Assembly: GCA_037441775.1 (NCBI GenBank)
Contig: JBBIRO010000009.1
Span: 5,892 to 69,891 of the forward strand
Source: Syntrophobacterales bacterium
GTDB lineage: Bacteria; Desulfobacterota; Syntrophia; Syntrophales; CAMTWB01
Reading direction: 5' to 3'
DNA length: 64,000 nt
The notes under the pieces were generated by a model. The model was given only the letters and a program-made list of their open reading frames with translations. It had not been told where the DNA came from and made no database searches. This document shows, in pieces, positions 36,096-44,468 of this stretch. Both the position numbers and the translations under genes were made by a program. The number at the start of each line of letters is the position of its first letter. Within the stretch, counting starts at the first letter, position 1.

Positions 36096-37426
36096 ATAAC
36101 TCGACCAAAGAGGCAACCTTCGGAATAACGATCGGCTACCACGGTGATGATGCTGTTTGGGCGCGGCGGGATGCCCCTGTCAATAATCACCGGAAGGTAA
36201 TTTTCGGCGATGCCGGAGCTTAAAGATTCGCTGCTGTTGCAGATTAGCACGGAAAGCTTTCGGTCGATGAATCGCAAAGCGTACTGCCTTTTTTTTTCTT
36301 CTCCCAAAGCCCTTAAAATGGCCGCCCGGTTTTTTTTAGTCTTTTCTGCCACCTGGCCCGTCATAACTGCGGCTGGCGTGCCGGGTCGCCGGGAGAAGGG
36401 AAAGACATGGAGATAAGAAACCGGCAGTTCCTCGATCAGTTCCAACGTATGGCGGAAGGCATCTTCATCCTCGCCGGGAAAACCGGCCATTACATCCAGG
36501 CCGATTGCCATGTCCGGCAGGGCGGCAAATAAACTATGCAGGCGCCGTCTGAAAAAACTCCTGGCGTAGGGTCTTCCCATGGCCGCAAGAATTCCGTCGT
36601 CACCGCTTTGCAGGGGAATATGCAGGTGCGGGCAAAGGACGCCTCCCTGTCGCATGTAAGGAACAATTTCATCCGGAATCTCCGTGGGCTCAAGAGAGCT
36701 AAGACGAAGCCTCGTCACCGGCCTGCCGTTATCGGCCCAGTCAATAAGATCCAGAAGACTGACTTCCGGCGAGAGATCCTGGCCATAGGTTCCAAGATGG
36801 ATGCCGGTCAAGATCGCTTCCCGGTAGCCAGCACTGCCAATAAGGTTAAGACGACTCTTAACCTCTTCCAGGGGGACACTGCGGCTGGCGCCCCGCACGC
36901 CGGGAACGATACAATAGCTGCAGGAAGAACTGCAGCCATCCTGAATTTTAACAAATGCGCGGGTATGACCGGGAAGGTTAAGGGGAAGAGCGCTTGCCGC
37001 GGATTCATCAGGCGGCGGCGAAAAATTCTTCCCGCCCAGAAATTTCGCGTTGATTATAGCGGGCAATTCCGCCTTGTTCTCATTACCCAGCACGAGTCGC
37101 ACGCCGGGGAGACCGGCAAGTTCTCCCGGCGCCCTGGCGGCGTAACAACCGGTAACGACGATCACAGCTTCGGGATTGTGACGCGCCGCCTTGCGGATTA
37201 GCTGGCGAGACTGGTAATCGCTCTTTTGGGTTACGCTGCAGGTATTGATGACATAAATATCCGCTGCGGAGCCGAAAGGGACCATCACCCCCCCCAGGGC
37301 GCAAAGGCCCCGGCCGATATCCGCGCCGTCGCACTGGTTGACCTTGCAGCCCAGGCTGGCAATCGCCGCCTTAAACAATCCGCTTATGCCCCCGATAAAA
37401 AATGCATTTTTGTGAACATCGTGCAA
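36092..37426 (-). CDS. mtaB: MiaB-family radical SAM methylthiotransferase, MtaB-like (tRNA ms2t6A)
   Basis: The UPF0004 domain has LGCKVNQCD and VINTCSVT. The radical SAM motif is CSSSCSYC. A TRAM-like C-terminus is present. The start is either TTG 37426 or TTG 37378 (MFKAAIASLGCKVNQ). Confidence 0.85.
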   Translation of the reverse strand: MHDVHKNAFFIGGISGLFKAAIASLGCKVNQCDGADIGRGLCALGGVMVPFGSAADIYVINTCSVTQKSDYQSRQLIRKAARHNPEAVIVVTGCYAARAPGELAGLPGVRLVLGNENKAELPAIINAKFLGGKNFSPPPDESAASALPLNLPGHTRAFVKIQDGCSSSCSYCIVPGVRGASRSVPLEEVKSRLNLIGSAGYREAILTGIHLGTYGQDLSPEVSLLDLIDWADNGRPVTRLRLSSLEPTEIPDEIVPYMRQGGVLCPHLHIPLQSGDDGILAAMGRPYARSFFRRRLHSLFAALPDMAIGLDVMAGFPGEDEDAFRHTLELIEELPVSYLHVFPFSRRPGTPAAVMTGQVAEKTKKNRAAILRALGEEKKRQYALRFIDRKLSVLICNSSESLSSGIAENYLPVIIDRGIPPRPNSIITVVADRYSEGCLFGRVI

Positions 37427-37457
37427 CTGCTACCCAAACTGTGGATTTTTGTCAAGT

Positions 37458-37483
37458 TCAAAGGGGCAGTTCAAAGGGGCAGT
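37458..37483. repeat. Exact tandem duplication of the 13-mer TTCAAAGGGGCAG in the mtaB / MBL-hydrolase divergent intergenic region
   Basis: 37458-37470 and 37471-37483 are identical. A TTGACA -35-like hexamer follows at 37499-37504. Confidence 0.8.
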
Positions 37484-37580
37484 TGGTGGTTTACTTCTTG
37501 ACAAGTTAAGGCAAAACAAATACGCTTTCTCAAAAAAGTATCCACTGATGCAGGTGCGTCCTGCGCATTTTGGAGGGGTT

Positions 37581-38420
37581 ATGCTTGTCCGCTGCTGGGG
37601 CGCCCGGGGCTCGATCCCCGTTTCCGGCCCTGAATATCTCCAATATGGAGGTGATACCACCTGTATCGAGATTAGGACCAGGCAGGATGATGTCATTATC
37701 ATCGATGCCGGCTCAGGGATCAGAAAATTGGGCAAGAGACTGGTAGCCGAAGGAAGGGAAGACTTCTTCCTGCTTTTTACCCATGCCCACTGGGATCACC
37801 TCATTGGTTTTCCCTTTTTCGAGCCGATCTACCGCCGGGAAAGCAAGATCGCCATTTATGGCTGCACATTCATGGGAGAATCGGTAAAATCCATCCTTTC
37901 GCCCACTATGAAACCACCTCATTTCCCGGTTCATTATGAGGATATCAGCGCAAGAATTACCCACCTCGATGCTTGTGGAAGCGGTTTTCAGATCGGCCCC
38001 GTGGAGATTTCCAGCATTCCCTTAAGTCATCCCAATCAGGGAGTCGGCTATAAATTTGTTGAAGATGGTAAAGCCTTTGTTTTTTTGACGGACAATGAGC
38101 TTTCCTACAGACATGACTTTTCACTGGGATTCGATGATTATCAGGCCTTTTCCCAAGGGGCGGACCTGCTGATCCATGACGCGGAATACAGCAGACCCCT
38201 GTATGAAAAGCGACTATCCTGGGGGCATTCCTGTTACGAGGATGCCCTGGACCTGGCCAGGCGCGCCGGGGTGAGGAAGCTGGGGCTGTTCCACCACAAT
38301 CAGGATTCGTCCGATGTCACGGTAGATTCCTATGTGGAAAACTGCCGGCGTCTGATTCGGGAAGACGGAAGCAACCTGGATTGTTTCGCCCTGTTTCAGG
38401 GGTGGGAACAGGAATTGTAA
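37581..38420 (+). CDS. MBL-fold metallo-hydrolase
   Basis: The track ORF starts at 37449. I prefer ATG 37581 (GGAGGGG RBS immediately upstream), giving MLVRCWGARGSIPVSGP. The motif THAHWDH is present. Confidence 0.8.
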   Translation: MLVRCWGARGSIPVSGPEYLQYGGDTTCIEIRTRQDDVIIIDAGSGIRKLGKRLVAEGREDFFLLFTHAHWDHLIGFPFFEPIYRRESKIAIYGCTFMGESVKSILSPTMKPPHFPVHYEDISARITHLDACGSGFQIGPVEISSIPLSHPNQGVGYKFVEDGKAFVFLTDNELSYRHDFSLGFDDYQAFSQGADLLIHDAEYSRPLYEKRLSWGHSCYEDALDLARRAGVRKLGLFHHNQDSSDVTVDSYVENCRRLIREDGSNLDCFALFQGWEQEL

Positions 38421-38460
38421 ACCCCTCTCGGAGTCACCGGCTACGGCCCGAAACAGGATC

Positions 38461-39333
38461 ATGGTAATGCCTTTACTGCCTGCAGAAATAGTCGATTCTC
38501 ACGTTCATCTTTTCCCTGATCGGCTTTTTGACGCCATCCGGAGGCGTTTCGTTACCGATTACCACTGGCAGGTCATCCACGGCTTTTACTGGCGGGATTG
38601 TATTGCGCACCTGCGGGAGGCCGGAGTTGGGCCGATCGTCTATTCCAATTACGCCCACAAACAGGGGGTGGCGCGGGAACTGAACGAGTGGAACCGGGAG
38701 ATAATAGCGGAGACGGAGAAAGTTTTTTGTTTTATCGCCTACCACCCCGCTGATGATGACGCTCTGACGATGGCCGATTCCCTTCTTTCTCTGCCGCGGG
38801 TGATGGGGGTGAAGCTGCAGCTTTTAGTTCAGCGTTTTTATCCCCATGACCGGCGGCTTTTCCCGCTCTATGATCTGATAATACAAAAGGGTAAATACAT
38901 CCTCTTTCACGTGGGTACAGGACCGGTGGGCAATGAATTCGTCGGGGTCGCTCATTTTCAGCGGCTCCTCGACCATTACCCAAATCTGCCGGCCATCGTT
39001 GCCCATATGGGCGGCCTGGAGTACCGGGAGTTTGGCAGCCTGCTTTCCCGGTATCCCCAGCTTTATCTGGATACGTCTTTTTCTTTTTTGCCGCAACTAG
39101 GAAGGATGTTTGACCTGGGGACTGACTTTTTAGAGGAACATCGCCTACGTATTCTGTACGGTTCCGACTTTCCCAATGTCCTCTTCCCACGGGAAACGGA
39201 GATCAATACCCTCCTTGGCCTGGGGCTGTCAGAAGAATTTTATCGGCGGGTGTTTTCCGACAATGCGCGGGAGTTGATTTGTAAATGTAGCGGGATTACG
39301 GACCTTCCTCAGCCTTGTCCCGCCCGATCATAG
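38461..39333 (+). CDS. Amidohydrolase-2 family (TIM-barrel metal-dependent hydrolase)
   Basis: 290 aa. The N-terminal IVDSHVHLFPD metal-binding motif is present, with later His and Asp residues (HMGG, GSDFP). Confidence 0.75.
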   Translation: MVMPLLPAEIVDSHVHLFPDRLFDAIRRRFVTDYHWQVIHGFYWRDCIAHLREAGVGPIVYSNYAHKQGVARELNEWNREIIAETEKVFCFIAYHPADDDALTMADSLLSLPRVMGVKLQLLVQRFYPHDRRLFPLYDLIIQKGKYILFHVGTGPVGNEFVGVAHFQRLLDHYPNLPAIVAHMGGLEYREFGSLLSRYPQLYLDTSFSFLPQLGRMFDLGTDFLEEHRLRILYGSDFPNVLFPRETEINTLLGLGLSEEFYRRVFSDNARELICKCSGITDLPQPCPARS

Positions 39334-39653
39334 TCATCGCTGATCCGTTCAATGTCGTCCTCGCCAAAGTAGGTTCCGGTTTGGATCTCAATTATGGTCA
39401 GATCGGTATCTCCGGGGTTGTGTATCCGGTGAAGGGCGCAGGGGGCGATATCGATGGATTGGCCGGCCTCCAGGTTATACTCGGCTTTGTCGAGGGTTAT
39501 CCGTGCCGTTCCGCTGATAATGTACCAATGTTCCTGCCTGAGCCGGTGCCGTTGCAGGCTGAGCCTGTGACCAGGATTGACTACGATGCGCTTTACCTTG
39601 AAATCATCCGATTCAGCCAGGATCTCAAAGAATCCCCACGGTCTTTCAGTCAT
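39309..39653 (-). CDS. Cupin-domain protein (phosphomannose isomerase type II C-terminal-like)
   Basis: 114 aa. ERPWGFFEIL..FKVKRIVVNPGHRLSLQRHRLRQEHWYIISG..HRIHN has the cupin motifs. It is convergent with the amidohydrolase gene and overlaps it by 25 nt. Confidence 0.75.
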   Translation of the reverse strand: MTERPWGFFEILAESDDFKVKRIVVNPGHRLSLQRHRLRQEHWYIISGTARITLDKAEYNLEAGQSIDIAPCALHRIHNPGDTDLTIIEIQTGTYFGEDDIERISDDYDRAGQG

Positions 39654-39700
39654 AAACTCATCTCCTGTTTGTGATAGCGGGGATATTTATCATATCTGTT

Positions 39701-39725
39701 GCGAAAAAAACGGTTTTTTTAACGC
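39701..39725. promoter_or_regulatory. A7-CGG-T7 palindrome in the cupin / copZ divergent promoter region (possible operator or structural element)
   Basis: GCGAAAAAAACGGTTTTTTTAACGC lies 46 nt upstream of the copZ ATG. The copZ RBS AAAGGAGA is at 39758-39765. Confidence 0.3.
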
Positions 39726-39770
39726 CGGGTCTTTTGCGGCATGAGCTTTTTTTAAGTAAAGGAGACCATT

Positions 39771-39968
39771 ATGACCACGATCAAAATTTTAGGCATGTCC
39801 TGCGAGCATTGTGTGCGGGCGGTCACGAAGGTTCTGTCTTCCATCGATGGCCTTGAAGATGTGCGAGTGGATCTGTCCAGGGGGGAGGCCAGCTTCAACG
39901 AGAAGAAACCGCAAGACCCGGCGGTCATCATCAGTGCGCTGAAAAAGGCTGGTTATGAAGTCCGCTGA
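39771..39968 (+). CDS. copZ: Heavy-metal-associated (HMA) copper chaperone CopZ-like
   Basis: 65 aa with the GMSCEHC metal-binding motif and a ferredoxin-like fold length. It overlaps the copA start by 14 nt. Confidence 0.85.
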   Translation: MTTIKILGMSCEHCVRAVTKVLSSIDGLEDVRVDLSRGEASFNEKKPQDPAVIISALKKAGYEVR

Positions 39969-42204
39969 GATTCTCCAGATTACAATTGGCGGCATGACCT
40001 GCGCCGCCTGCGTCCGCCGTGTGGAAAACTCCCTGCGGGAACTGCCCGGTGTTATCGATGTGGCGGTAAATCTGGCGACCGCCCAGGCCACCATCACCCA
40101 TCAGGAATCATGGGCGGGTAGCGACGCCCTAAAGAAGATGATCGAGGATGAGGGTTACCGTTACCTGGGCATTGCCGATGCCGGGCAAGTAGATCCCGCG
40201 GGTCTGGCCCGGGAGGAAGAGATCGGCGATCTAAAGCGGAAGGTGGCCGTGGGGGCGATTTTAAGCGTGATCATCTTTTTTGGAACCATGCAGCATTGGT
40301 TTCCTTTCCTGGCCTTTGTCCCCCGGGGGGCCATGCTGTGGGCCATGTTTATCCTGACGGGTCCCGTCGTTTTCTGGGTGGGCGACCGCTTCATCGTGGG
40401 CGCCCTCAAGGCGGCCCGGCGGAAGACCACCGACATGAATACGCTGGTCAGCGTTGGAGCCTTATCGGCCTATCTCTATTCTTCCCTGGCGGTTTTTTCA
40501 CCCCGGTTTTTCGCCGCGGCCGACCTGGAGGCCCATGTCTACTTCGACGGGGCGGCAATTATAGTGACCCTGATTCTTCTGGGAAGACTTCTTGAGGCGG
40601 GGGCCAGGGGGAAGACATCTCTGGCCATCGGACGTCTGGTTGGGTTGAGCCCTAAAACTGCCCGCGTGGCCGTTGAAGGTCAGGAGCGGGAAGTGCTTTT
40701 GGACGATCTTGCCGCCGGAGATGTTCTTGTCGTGCGCCCCGGCGAAAAAATCGCCGCGGATGGGATAGTCGTTTCCGGCTCGTCTCTGGTGGATGAGTCC
40801 ATGTTGACCGGCGAACCGATACCCGTCGCCAAACAGCCGGGGGCCGCCGTTTTTGCCGGGACGATCAACAAGAGCGGCAGTTTCAACTTCCGGGCCACAA
40901 GAGTCGGCGCGGCCACAACGCTTGCGGAGATCATCAGGCTGGTTGCAGCCGCCCAGGGTTCCAAGGCCCCCATCCAGCGGCTGGCGGATAGGGCCGCTTC
41001 GGTTTTTGTGCCCGTGGTATTTATGATTGCCGTCGTTGCCTTGCTGGTCTGGTATTTTATTGCCGGGGCAACTTTCAGCCGGGCCCTGCTCAATTTCATT
41101 TCCGTGCTGGTTATCGCCTGCCCCTGTGCGCTGGGTCTGGCTACCCCGACGGCCATTATGGTGGGAACCGGGGTTGGGGCCAAAAGAGGGATACTTATCC
41201 GGGGTGGGGAGATATTGGAGAAGGTCCATCGGCTGACTATGGTGGTTTTCGACAAGACCGGAACCCTTACCAAGGGTCGGCCGGAGGTGACCGATTTGGT
41301 TTGCGCACCCGGTTATGACGAGCAACGTCTCATTCAAATCGCCGTTTCCGTCGAGTCACGCTCGGAACATCCGCTGGCGGCCGCAATAGTCGAATATGGA
41401 CAGGCCAGGGGAGTCCTGCCGCAAGCGGTGGATGGCTTTGAGGCCGTATCCGGCCGGGGTGCCGGCGCCCGTATCGACGGTGAGGAATACCTGGTGGGAA
41501 GCAAATCCTTCCTCATTGCATCCGGGGTGGCCGTGAATGATCTGGAGGAGGCGGCGACTCGCCTGTTGCTGGAGGGCAAGACCGGTGTCTTTGTTGCCGG
41601 CGGGGGCTCCGCCCTGGGGCTTTTTGCCCTTACCGATACCGAAAAAGAATCCGCTCCGGAAGCTATCAGGCGGCTGAAAATGATAGGTCTCAAGCTGATG
41701 ATGGTGACCGGCGACAATCAGGCTACCGCCGCCGCAATCGCCGGCCGACTGGGTATCGAAGAGGTCATGGCGGAGGTGCTCCCAGCCGATAAGGAAAACG
41801 TGGTCCGCAGGCTTCAGGAACGGGGGGAGGTCGTGGCCATGGTGGGAGATGGAATAAACGATGCGCCGGCCCTGGCCCGCGCTGACATCGGCATTGCCAT
41901 TGGCGCCGGCACCGATGTGGCGATTGAAGCCAGCGGGATTACCCTGATGACGGAAGACCTGCGCGCAGTGGCGCACGCGATCTCCTTGTCGCGCCGGACG
42001 ATGAAGGCCATCTATCAGAACCTGTTTTTCGCCTCGATTTACAATATTATTGGGATACCCATTGCGGCCGGAGCTCTCTATCCCCTATTCGGCTTACAAC
42101 TTACTCCGGAACTGGCGGCGCTGGCCATGGCGATGAGTTCCGTTTCGGTGGTGGGCAACTCCCTGCGCCTGTGGAAACTGGGCGACCGCTACTGGATAGA
42201 CTAG
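39955..42204 (+). CDS. copA: Copper-translocating P1B-type ATPase
   Basis: 749 aa. One N-terminal HMA domain (GMTCAACV) is present. Further motifs are TM CPC ([10 protein letters not shown]), DKTGTLT, the hinge GDGINDAP and HP. Confidence 0.95.
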   Translation: MKSAEILQITIGGMTCAACVRRVENSLRELPGVIDVAVNLATAQATITHQESWAGSDALKKMIEDEGYRYLGIADAGQVDPAGLAREEEIGDLKRKVAVGAILSVIIFFGTMQHWFPFLAFVPRGAMLWAMFILTGPVVFWVGDRFIVGALKAARRKTTDMNTLVSVGALSAYLYSSLAVFSPRFFAAADLEAHVYFDGAAIIVTLILLGRLLEAGARGKTSLAIGRLVGLSPKTARVAVEGQEREVLLDDLAAGDVLVVRPGEKIAADGIVVSGSSLVDESMLTGEPIPVAKQPGAAVFAGTINKSGSFNFRATRVGAATTLAEIIRLVAAAQGSKAPIQRLADRAASVFVPVVFMIAVVALLVWYFIAGATFSRALLNFISVLVIACPCALGLATPTAIMVGTGVGAKRGILIRGGEILEKVHRLTMVVFDKTGTLTKGRPEVTDLVCAPGYDEQRLIQIAVSVESRSEHPLAAAIVEYGQARGVLPQAVDGFEAVSGRGAGARIDGEEYLVGSKSFLIASGVAVNDLEEAATRLLLEGKTGVFVAGGGSALGLFALTDTEKESAPEAIRRLKMIGLKLMMVTGDNQATAAAIAGRLGIEEVMAEVLPADKENVVRRLQERGEVVAMVGDGINDAPALARADIGIAIGAGTDVAIEASGITLMTEDLRAVAHAISLSRRTMKAIYQNLFFASIYNIIGIPIAAGALYPLFGLQLTPELAALAMAMSSVSVVGNSLRLWKLGDRYWID

Positions 42205-42707
42205 CCCTTCATATACGTCGGGGCGGTCTTAGGGGATTTGCCGCCCTTGACCAGATGGTAATAGGCGTAGGTCATTGGCTCCTCATCGGTGATTATTTCC
42301 GCGCCAACGAGTTCGCCTAAAAAAATGGTGTGAGTGCCGCAATCGAGTTCGGCTTTAACGATCGCGTCGAAATAGGCGGTGCCGTGATCCAAAACAATGG
42401 GGACGCCGGTCTGGTCGGTTTTGAAATTGAGACCCTCAAATTTGTCCATATCGCGGCCACCACGGAAGCCGAAACGGCCAATAAAGGTCATCGGCGCGGT
42501 CTGGGCCAGAACGGTCACGGCAAACAGGCCGCACCCCTTGATGACTTCATGGGTGTAGTTGGCCTTGTTGATGCTGACTGCTAGTTGGGCGGGCTCGGAG
42601 GTCACCTGAAAGACAGAATTGGCGATCTGGCCATTGGCCTTGCCGACTTGTCCTGAGGTTACCACATATAGCCCATAACTGAGCTTGAAGCAGGCTGACT
42701 TGTTCAA
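42201..42707 (-). CDS. Flavin reductase-like FMN-binding domain protein
   Basis: The track ORF runs to 42731. I prefer TTG 42707 (AAGGAG 6 nt upstream), giving [18 protein letters not shown]... The split-barrel flavin reductase pattern is present. Its stop shares the CTAG tetranucleotide 42201-42204 with the copA stop. Confidence 0.8.
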   Translation of the reverse strand: MNKSACFKLSYGLYVVTSGQVGKANGQIANSVFQVTSEPAQLAVSINKANYTHEVIKGCGLFAVTVLAQTAPMTFIGRFGFRGGRDMDKFEGLNFKTDQTGVPIVLDHGTAYFDAIVKAELDCGTHTIFLGELVGAEIITDEEPMTYAYYHLVKGGKSPKTAPTYMKG

Positions 42708-42762
42708 GTTTATCTCCTTGATAAATAGCAAATAGAGTAGTTGGGACAGATACCTATTTCCA

Positions 42763-43020
42763 TCACTCCGCGAAGACCATCTTTTTCACCACCACTCCCG
42801 GTATTTTTTTCAGCTTGGACTCCATTTCCCCTATTGCTGCCGGATCACCGCAACACTCCATCAATAGCAGTCCCAAAGTTTTCGTTTTTGATTCAGGAGG
42901 TTCGTGGAAACCTAAGCGCATCTTGATGTTGCGGCTGTATTCGGCCAGGATATTCTGTGCCTCGATTGGATTTGCTATCTGCTTGGTTACCTGGACGCCA
43001 AGAATAATTCTCTTTTTCAT
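42763..43020 (-). CDS. Small ACT/NikR-C-like protein resembling the TM1266 family (annotated elsewhere as a putative iron-only hydrogenase system regulator)
   Basis: 85 aa. The layout KRIILGVQV..(helix)..ILAEYSRNIKMRLGF..LGLLLMECCGD..IGEMESKLKKIPGVVVKKMVF parallels the TM1266 sequence as I remember it. No search was run. Confidence 0.5.
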   Translation of the reverse strand: MKKRIILGVQVTKQIANPIEAQNILAEYSRNIKMRLGFHEPPESKTKTLGLLLMECCGDPAAIGEMESKLKKIPGVVVKKMVFAE

Positions 43021-43165
43021 TTTCCCATCCCGATATTCGTCAGATATGTCTTATCTTCAGTCAAGCGCTATAAAAGGCTTAAGAAGTCATGAAAAAGGGC
43101 CGCCGTTGGTGACCGGCGCAAGTTCGGTCAGGGCCTTCGGCCCGCCTTGTCCGAATATTGCGGGG

Positions 43166-43681
43166 TCAACTGGCCTGGCGGCCGACGGTCCGCGAGTGCT
43201 TGGACATGATGCCTGTCGCGAAGTCCCGGGCATCCTGCAAGTCTGAGTCATTCGGATGTCCCTGTGCGCCTTGCGCCTCCTGTGCCCACCCCTGGTGTTC
43301 CGGACTTTTCATCAAGGCTTCTATTAACGATGGTTCCACCCGGCCACGACTGCCGAAGTGCCCCAGGACCTTTAGCTTGGCGGCCAGCGCAAAGGCGTGT
43401 TCAAATGCCTGTTTGGGAAGTTGACCGCCCCGTAACGAGCCATGGGTGGAAAAGAAGGCGATATGTTTTCCGGCCGCAAGGCGGCGGATAAAGCTCTGGG
43501 CCGGCAGGGGCACTGAATGGGCCTGCACGGGAAAGCCGATGAAGATGAGGTCGTAGGCGGCGACATCGTCAACTTTAGCAATCTCCTTGATGTCCTTTTC
43601 GGCATTGATGACGTCATAAATAGCCTGGGCCAATTTCTCGGTGTTCTTTGTTTTCGAGTAGTATGCAACCAGGACTCTCAT
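43166..43681 (-). CDS. Flavodoxin-family protein
   Basis: 171 aa. MRVLVAYYSKTKNTEKLA is a flavodoxin-like FMN phosphate loop, followed by DLIFIGFPV. Confidence 0.8.
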   Translation of the reverse strand: MRVLVAYYSKTKNTEKLAQAIYDVINAEKDIKEIAKVDDVAAYDLIFIGFPVQAHSVPLPAQSFIRRLAAGKHIAFFSTHGSLRGGQLPKQAFEHAFALAAKLKVLGHFGSRGRVEPSLIEALMKSPEHQGWAQEAQGAQGHPNDSDLQDARDFATGIMSKHSRTVGRQAS

Positions 43682-43742
43682 GTTAGCACCTCGGGTTTTA
43701 TTACGTCTGTCCGATATTAAAAAATCAGGCTGATTGCAAGCT

Positions 43743-43962
43743 AATATTGACGCTCTCGTAAAAAATCTGCCAAACCATAATTCAGGAACGGTTAGGGGAA
43801 AAGTTGTTTTTGTCGTCCCGCCCCTTGCGGGTGGGTCTAGTATTGCTTGTTGCCAAGGTTGACAAAGGGCACAAGGATCCTAAGCTACACCAAAAGCTTT
43901 TTCGTGACGAGGGATTTAGCTTGAACGTAAGCATCCGGACTTTTTAGCAAGCCGTCAATATT
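43743..43962. repeat. Best-defined copy of the dispersed element: ~220 nt bounded by 25-nt terminal inverted repeats
   Basis: The left arm is AATATTGACGCTCTCGTAAAAAATC (43743-43767). The reverse complement of the right end (43937-43962) is AATATTGACGGCTTGCTAAAAAGTCC. They match at 19 of 25 positions, and the first 10 are identical. The internal 17-mer GTGACGAGGGATTTAGC is shared with 14156-14172. Confidence 0.75.
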
Positions 43963-44437
43963 CCTTGTCTCGCTCGTATTTTTCATAGGTGTCCAGCTCC
44001 GGAGTGACGATTATTGCCTTGTTTCCGGAAACGGAAAAGGAAGTGGTCGCCGTCAGGATGGAATACCAGATACCGATCCGGGCGCCCGTTTTGTCTATAA
44101 GGTCGAAGCCAAACAGGTGCCGAGGCCTGCCGATCTGGGCGGCTCTGGTTTGCATCCCGGAGACAAACCCCTCAAGCAACTCCGGGGTCATCTCTACCTT
44201 CAACCAGAGGTGGTCATCCATTGTATAGCGTTTATCCAGACAAATGATCGCCGCGGGATATTGATAGGAGCCGGTAACGTAGTATTGGCAGTCGCCCCGG
44301 ACATGGTGGCGGTCAAAAAGGTTGGTTGCCTCCCGGCTGGCTTGGAAACTTCCATATCCGGCCCAGTTGCCGGCGCAGCCTCCTAGTAAAAATATCAAGC
44401 CCAAAATCAATCCGATTTTAATTCTAATATTGCTCAT
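43955..44437 (-). CDS. Hypothetical lipoprotein
   Basis: The track ORF runs to 44491. I prefer ATG 44437 (GAGGGA RBS), giving MSNIRIKIGLILGLIFLLGGC with an LGGC lipobox. I recognise no family. The stop codon lies inside the repeat arm. Confidence 0.6.
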   Translation of the reverse strand: MSNIRIKIGLILGLIFLLGGCAGNWAGYGSFQASREATNLFDRHHVRGDCQYYVTGSYQYPAAIICLDKRYTMDDHLWLKVEMTPELLEGFVSGMQTRAAQIGRPRHLFGFDLIDKTGARIGIWYSILTATTSFSVSGNKAIIVTPELDTYEKYERDKEY

Positions 44438-44468
44438 ATCATCCCTCATTATCCGTCCAATCGTCCCC

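Noticed and set aside
40498-41976. Minus-strand ORFs of 279, 197, 206 and 127 aa
   Set aside because: All lie antisense within copA, whose frame carries CPC, DKTGT and GDGINDAP. The antisense translations are Gly/Arg/Pro/Ser-rich and domain-free.
42201-42204. copA and the flavin reductase gene share the palindromic CTAG as overlapping convergent stop codons
   Set aside because: This is real in the sequence but is a trivial consequence of tight convergent packing. I infer no functional implication.
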